Virus record (IMG/VR): IMGVR_UViG_3300032247_000526
Coordinates: 1-43,245 of that record
Source of the DNA: a virus
Lineage: Duplodnaviria; Caudoviricetes
Strand: one strand, 5' to 3'
Length of the DNA stretch: 43,245 nt
In this document: one piece after another, positions 40,447 to 43,245 of the stretch
Position numbering within the stretch: position 1 is the first letter of the stretch
How the letters are laid out: the number at the start of each line of letters is the position of its first letter
Notes under the pieces: model-generated
The model's input: only the letters and a program-made list of their open reading frames with translations
The model's database searches: none
What the model was told of the DNA's origin: nothing
Translations under genes and position numbers: made by a program

Positions 40447-40665
40447 TTGTCCATGGCTATGGAAGACATAGTCAACCTTGTTAAACGCATGGAACTTGAG
40501 ACAAAAGCCATTAAACAAGAACTTTATAAATTTTGTTGGTACATGCGAGGTAGTCTTTCCTTTACCGAAGCCTATGATCTTGAAATAGGCGATCGAGAGA
40601 TACTGAGCAAAATTATAGAAGATAATCTAGACACAACTAAGAAAACTCAGTTGCCGTTCTTTTAA
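40447..40665 (+). CDS. Small hub-assembly ORF, possibly the -1 frameshift extension of the upstream gene
   Basis: 72 aa (CWYMRGSLSFTEAYDL...DRE) in the -1 frame after T TTT TTC; only a weak RBS. Confidence 0.7.
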   Translation: MSMAMEDIVNLVKRMELETKAIKQELYKFCWYMRGSLSFTEAYDLEIGDREILSKIIEDNLDTTKKTQLPFF

Positions 40666-41687
40666 ATCATTGTTTTAAGAAATCTACTATAGTATTGTAC
40701 GCCTTCTTCCATATTTACAACGTCTAATCCGTTAATACTTGGTTTCTTATTAGTTTGTTTAGCGGCTGCGGGTACTTTCTTTTTGCCTTTGTTTTTTCTT
40801 GCAATAGATTTTTCTATTGGATCAACTACACCGTCTTTGTTTAGATCGCGTGGGTCACCTACTTGACTGACTACTTTGCTAGTATTGGCTAGTTGAGGTG
40901 GTTGGCCTGGCTGTTGTTTCTCTTGATCTGCTTTATTGTTTGTAGTAGGATTAGTAGTAGTTGGAACAACACCAACTGCTTTAGGATCTAGAGTTGTAGA
41001 CACATTTTGCATTATGTTAGGATCAAAGTGTGTAGTAACACCGTAATTAGCCTTACCGTTACCAATTTGATTATTATAACTTCCGTCTGTACTAGATGTA
41101 GTGCTTGCATTAGCGGCTCCTGCTGATGCAGGAGTTTCTTTTGCGTGTGTATCAAGATAAGCCTGTGCATCAGCGGAAGGCGCTTGCACAGTTGATTGTA
41201 GTTGAGATGAAGATGCGTCTGGAGGTTCTTGAGCCTGTGGTGCTTGAGTAGGAGGAGCCGATTGTTGTCCTTGAGGTTCTGCTCCGCCTTTTTCAAGTTC
41301 GTCAGCCATAGACATCAGTTGTTTTGCCTGCTGTCTTAATTTACCAGCAACGGCACCGCCACCTGCTCCACCTCCTGAACTTGCACCACCTTGTAGTCCT
41401 TGAGCAAAACTAGATCCAGCACTTTGACCTTGTGGTTGCTGAGGATTCTCACCACTACTTTGCTGTGGATTTTCGTCAGGACCTCCAGCAATTGTATCAG
41501 AGGCTCTGTTATATCCCTTTGCCATTCCTCGAATAATACCCGAAGGTACACCTGCTACAGCACCTACTGCTTGAGATACACCACCGATGCCCTTAGCAAT
41601 ATTAGCACCTACCTTTCGAGTTTTATCCCATACGGGTCCCTCTTCAAGATTTTGATCTTTCACTAAAAATAAATCATCGATACGCAT
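40662..41687 (-). CDS. Low-complexity late protein, possible internal head protein
   Basis: 341 aa, Q/G/A/T-rich, behind a perfect TATAAATA; LEE and MEE motifs near both ends. Confidence 0.65.
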   Translation of the reverse strand: MRIDDLFLVKDQNLEEGPVWDKTRKVGANIAKGIGGVSQAVGAVAGVPSGIIRGMAKGYNRASDTIAGGPDENPQQSSGENPQQPQGQSAGSSFAQGLQGGASSGGGAGGGAVAGKLRQQAKQLMSMADELEKGGAEPQGQQSAPPTQAPQAQEPPDASSSQLQSTVQAPSADAQAYLDTHAKETPASAGAANASTTSSTDGSYNNQIGNGKANYGVTTHFDPNIMQNVSTTLDPKAVGVVPTTTNPTTNNKADQEKQQPGQPPQLANTSKVVSQVGDPRDLNKDGVVDPIEKSIARKNKGKKKVPAAAKQTNKKPSINGLDVVNMEEGVQYYSRFLKTMI

Positions 41688-41712
41688 AACAAGAGTTTCC
41701 TATTTGATGATT

Positions 41713-41720
41713 TATTTATA
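41713..41720 (-). promoter_or_regulatory. T4 consensus late promoter TATAAATA
   Basis: Exact match to the gp55-sigma consensus, about 25 nt upstream of ATG 41687. Confidence 0.85.
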
Positions 41721-41724
41721 ATTT

Positions 41725-41746
41725 AAAAAGCGAACTACGTTCACTT
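41725..41746 (-). terminator. Probable intrinsic terminator closing the non-coding element
   Basis: AAGTGAAC-gta-GTTCGCTT followed by a T-run. Confidence 0.6.
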
Positions 41747-42150
41747 GCTTCTTCGTTTACACTCGAAGCATTTTTACATCGAAGATGTTTTAATATTATC
41801 CAGATTGTTCAGTCACACTTTGCCCGAGCAGGGCAAAATAAAAACATTATCCGAGTTGAACAATGTCACTTAGTAGTACTGCATTACAGTGGCGGTCATC
41901 CGGTACCACGAGCAGAGTCTTTATATGACGGCGGCTTACATAAATCTACTAACATTTACGCAAACGTAGGGTTTTTCTCCCTTCTTTTTACCTTTTTTCT
42001 TATCTTCTAACAATCAAACAGCAAGGATTTTGCCATCTTGGTCCTGTGAAGGATACTGATTGAGAACTCTTTACGGCGAGAGATTTCCATCCCAGTGACC
42101 CGAGGTCCTGGTCTAGGGCGCACGATGTTTGCTTGCGCTTGCTGTTACCG
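41725..42150 (-). ncRNA. Candidate large structured non-coding RNA (about 430 nt)
   Basis: No ORF of 60 aa or more within it in a gene-dense genome; more than 10 stems visible by eye, several with G-U pairs that favour the minus strand. Confidence 0.65.
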
Positions 42151-42151
42151 T

Positions 42152-42577
42152 TTAAGATTTTAAAATGTGTGAGCCATGGACACGGACCTGTATGTGTCCG
42201 TTATAATAATTGTCTGATTCTAATACTTTGCGGTCGAATTGTTCACGGGCCTCAATGTACGATGTTTCTGATTTACTTTTGCAGTAGTATAATATTTCTC
42301 GGGAGAAGTTTTCTTTGCCTAGTTTGTCTATGTCTGCTGTTAAATTAGGACTGGACCCGTAATATTCCTGCCAGTCGCTGTCAATTTTACTACGAATTTT
42401 CTTTTTCTTCTTGGTGCCGTTCTTTAACTTTACAGTTTTGTAGGTCGTTTTACTAAATTTTGCTAACTTTTTGCCAATATATTGGCGTCCGGAGATTGTA
42501 TTGGTTATGCAATAAACATAACCAACACAGTCATCAGGTAATTCAGTTACAACTTGTCCTTGATAAGTCCAAGTCAT
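42152..42577 (-). CDS. Minimal GIY-YIG family nuclease
   Basis: GYVYCITN...QYIGKK, YYGSS, F.REIL, E...YYN motifs; Lys-rich insertion. Confidence 0.85.
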   Translation of the reverse strand: MTWTYQGQVVTELPDDCVGYVYCITNTISGRQYIGKKLAKFSKTTYKTVKLKNGTKKKKKIRSKIDSDWQEYYGSSPNLTADIDKLGKENFSREILYYCKSKSETSYIEAREQFDRKVLESDNYYNGHIQVRVHGSHILKS

Positions 42578-42580
42578 TAA

Positions 42581-42775
42581 TTATTTTGCTGCCTTGGCTT
42601 CCTTGCGAGCATTCTTTTCAGCAGTAATCTCGTTGCGGCGGGCTTTAACTAATTTGCTTAGTTCTGCTAAAGCCTTACGTGATCGTGTGCCTGCGGCACT
42701 ATTACCGCCGGAAAACTTAGCATCCTCTGCTAAAAAATCTGCAAATTGTTGTTGTAGTTGTTCAGTTGTTGTCAT
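42581..42775 (-). CDS. Histone H1-like (Hc1-family-like) small basic protein
   Basis: GNSAAGTRSRKALAELSKLVKARR matches the recalled Hc1-type GNKAAGTRARK pattern; AAGGA RBS. Confidence 0.7.
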   Translation of the reverse strand: MTTTEQLQQQFADFLAEDAKFSGGNSAAGTRSRKALAELSKLVKARRNEITAEKNARKEAKAAK

Positions 42776-43097
42776 TTTTTTCCTTTTTAAAAACCTGTAT
42801 GTATTTTAATCTGTCGAGTTCACTTACTCGGCCCGCCCACTTTTTCTTATCTTCTGCTGTAATTAAACTTCTTATCTCAGCCACATCCTTAAATAAAACT
42901 GTACATTTCTTTTTAAGAGCACTGACACTTAGTTGTAATTCGTAAGCAGTTTCTTTATTCGGATATTCCATGTAGGCTACTTCAGCATTATGAATACGAA
43001 GTACCATAGCAAGGTAATCTGAATAGTGATCACTATGCTTGTTTAGCCTATCCTCTATATGAGGGGTGCTATTCTTGAAATAATTAGCCCTCGACAT
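42762..43097 (-). CDS. Hypothetical helical protein
   Basis: 111 aa ORF overlapping both neighbours, consistent with translational coupling. Confidence 0.65.
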   Translation of the reverse strand: MSRANYFKNSTPHIEDRLNKHSDHYSDYLAMVLRIHNAEVAYMEYPNKETAYELQLSVSALKKKCTVLFKDVAEIRSLITAEDKKKWAGRVSELDRLKYIQVFKKEKNDNN

Positions 43098-43245
43098 AGT
43101 CCGTATCTGTTGCGTAACTGGTAAAACCGTTTTCTTTGATAACTTTTAATACATTATTCACACGACCTACTAACTCGTCCTTGTGAGATATCAAATAAAT
43201 GTTCTTGTTTCGTTCTCGTGCCATCTTTTTAAGCACAGCAATGCC
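43084..43245 (-). CDS. gp46: 3' end of recombination endonuclease ATPase subunit (gp46/SbcC/Rad50-like), truncated by the window
   Basis: Translates GIAVLKKMARERNKNIYLISHKDELVGRVNNVLKVIKENGFTSY...*, containing the ABC H-loop ISH and the K.NGF. terminus. Confidence 0.85.
   Translation of the reverse strand, partial: GIAVLKKMARERNKNIYLISHKDELVGRVNNVLKVIKENGFTSYATDTDYVEG

Noticed and set aside
41725-42577. Group I intron with homing endonuclease, tRNA cluster or tmRNA
   Set aside because: No interrupted host gene flanks it, and no cloverleaf, TTCGA T-loop with CCA end or tmRNA termini were recognised. A covariance search is still needed.
1-43245. Stop-codon reassignment, as found in some large phages
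   Set aside because: Genes up to 12 kb are uninterrupted in the standard code and coding density is high.

Overview
This window is a 43 kb virion-morphogenesis region of a large, AT-rich, T4-related (Myoviridae-like) dsDNA phage, read almost entirely on the minus strand. From right to left it holds: the 3' end of a gp46/SbcC-like ATPase gene, an Hc1-like small basic protein, a minimal GIY-YIG nuclease followed by about 430 nt of highly structured non-coding sequence, a probable internal head protein, a divergent gp26-like hub/chaperone pair with a -1 slippery site, and a tape-measure-like protein. The T4-type head module follows (portal gp20, acidic core protein, protease gp21, scaffold gp22, major capsid gp23), then about 29 kb of fibre/appendage genes with an embedded putative glycosyltransferase. 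T4-type late promoters (TAAATA) and UUCG terminators punctuate the region. The main finding is that two giant paralogous structural proteins (4060 and 2197 aa) carry 20 and 8 tandem 160-170 aa helical repeats. By eye these align in register with phycobiliprotein (globin-like) subunits, including the bilin-attachment C-x-R-D motif, which suggests a possibly bilin-pigmented virion appendage. Secondary candidates are the large ncRNA next to the GIY-YIG gene, two structured late-gene leaders and a G/GT-type frameshift. All family assignments come from motif recognition by eye; no database search was run.
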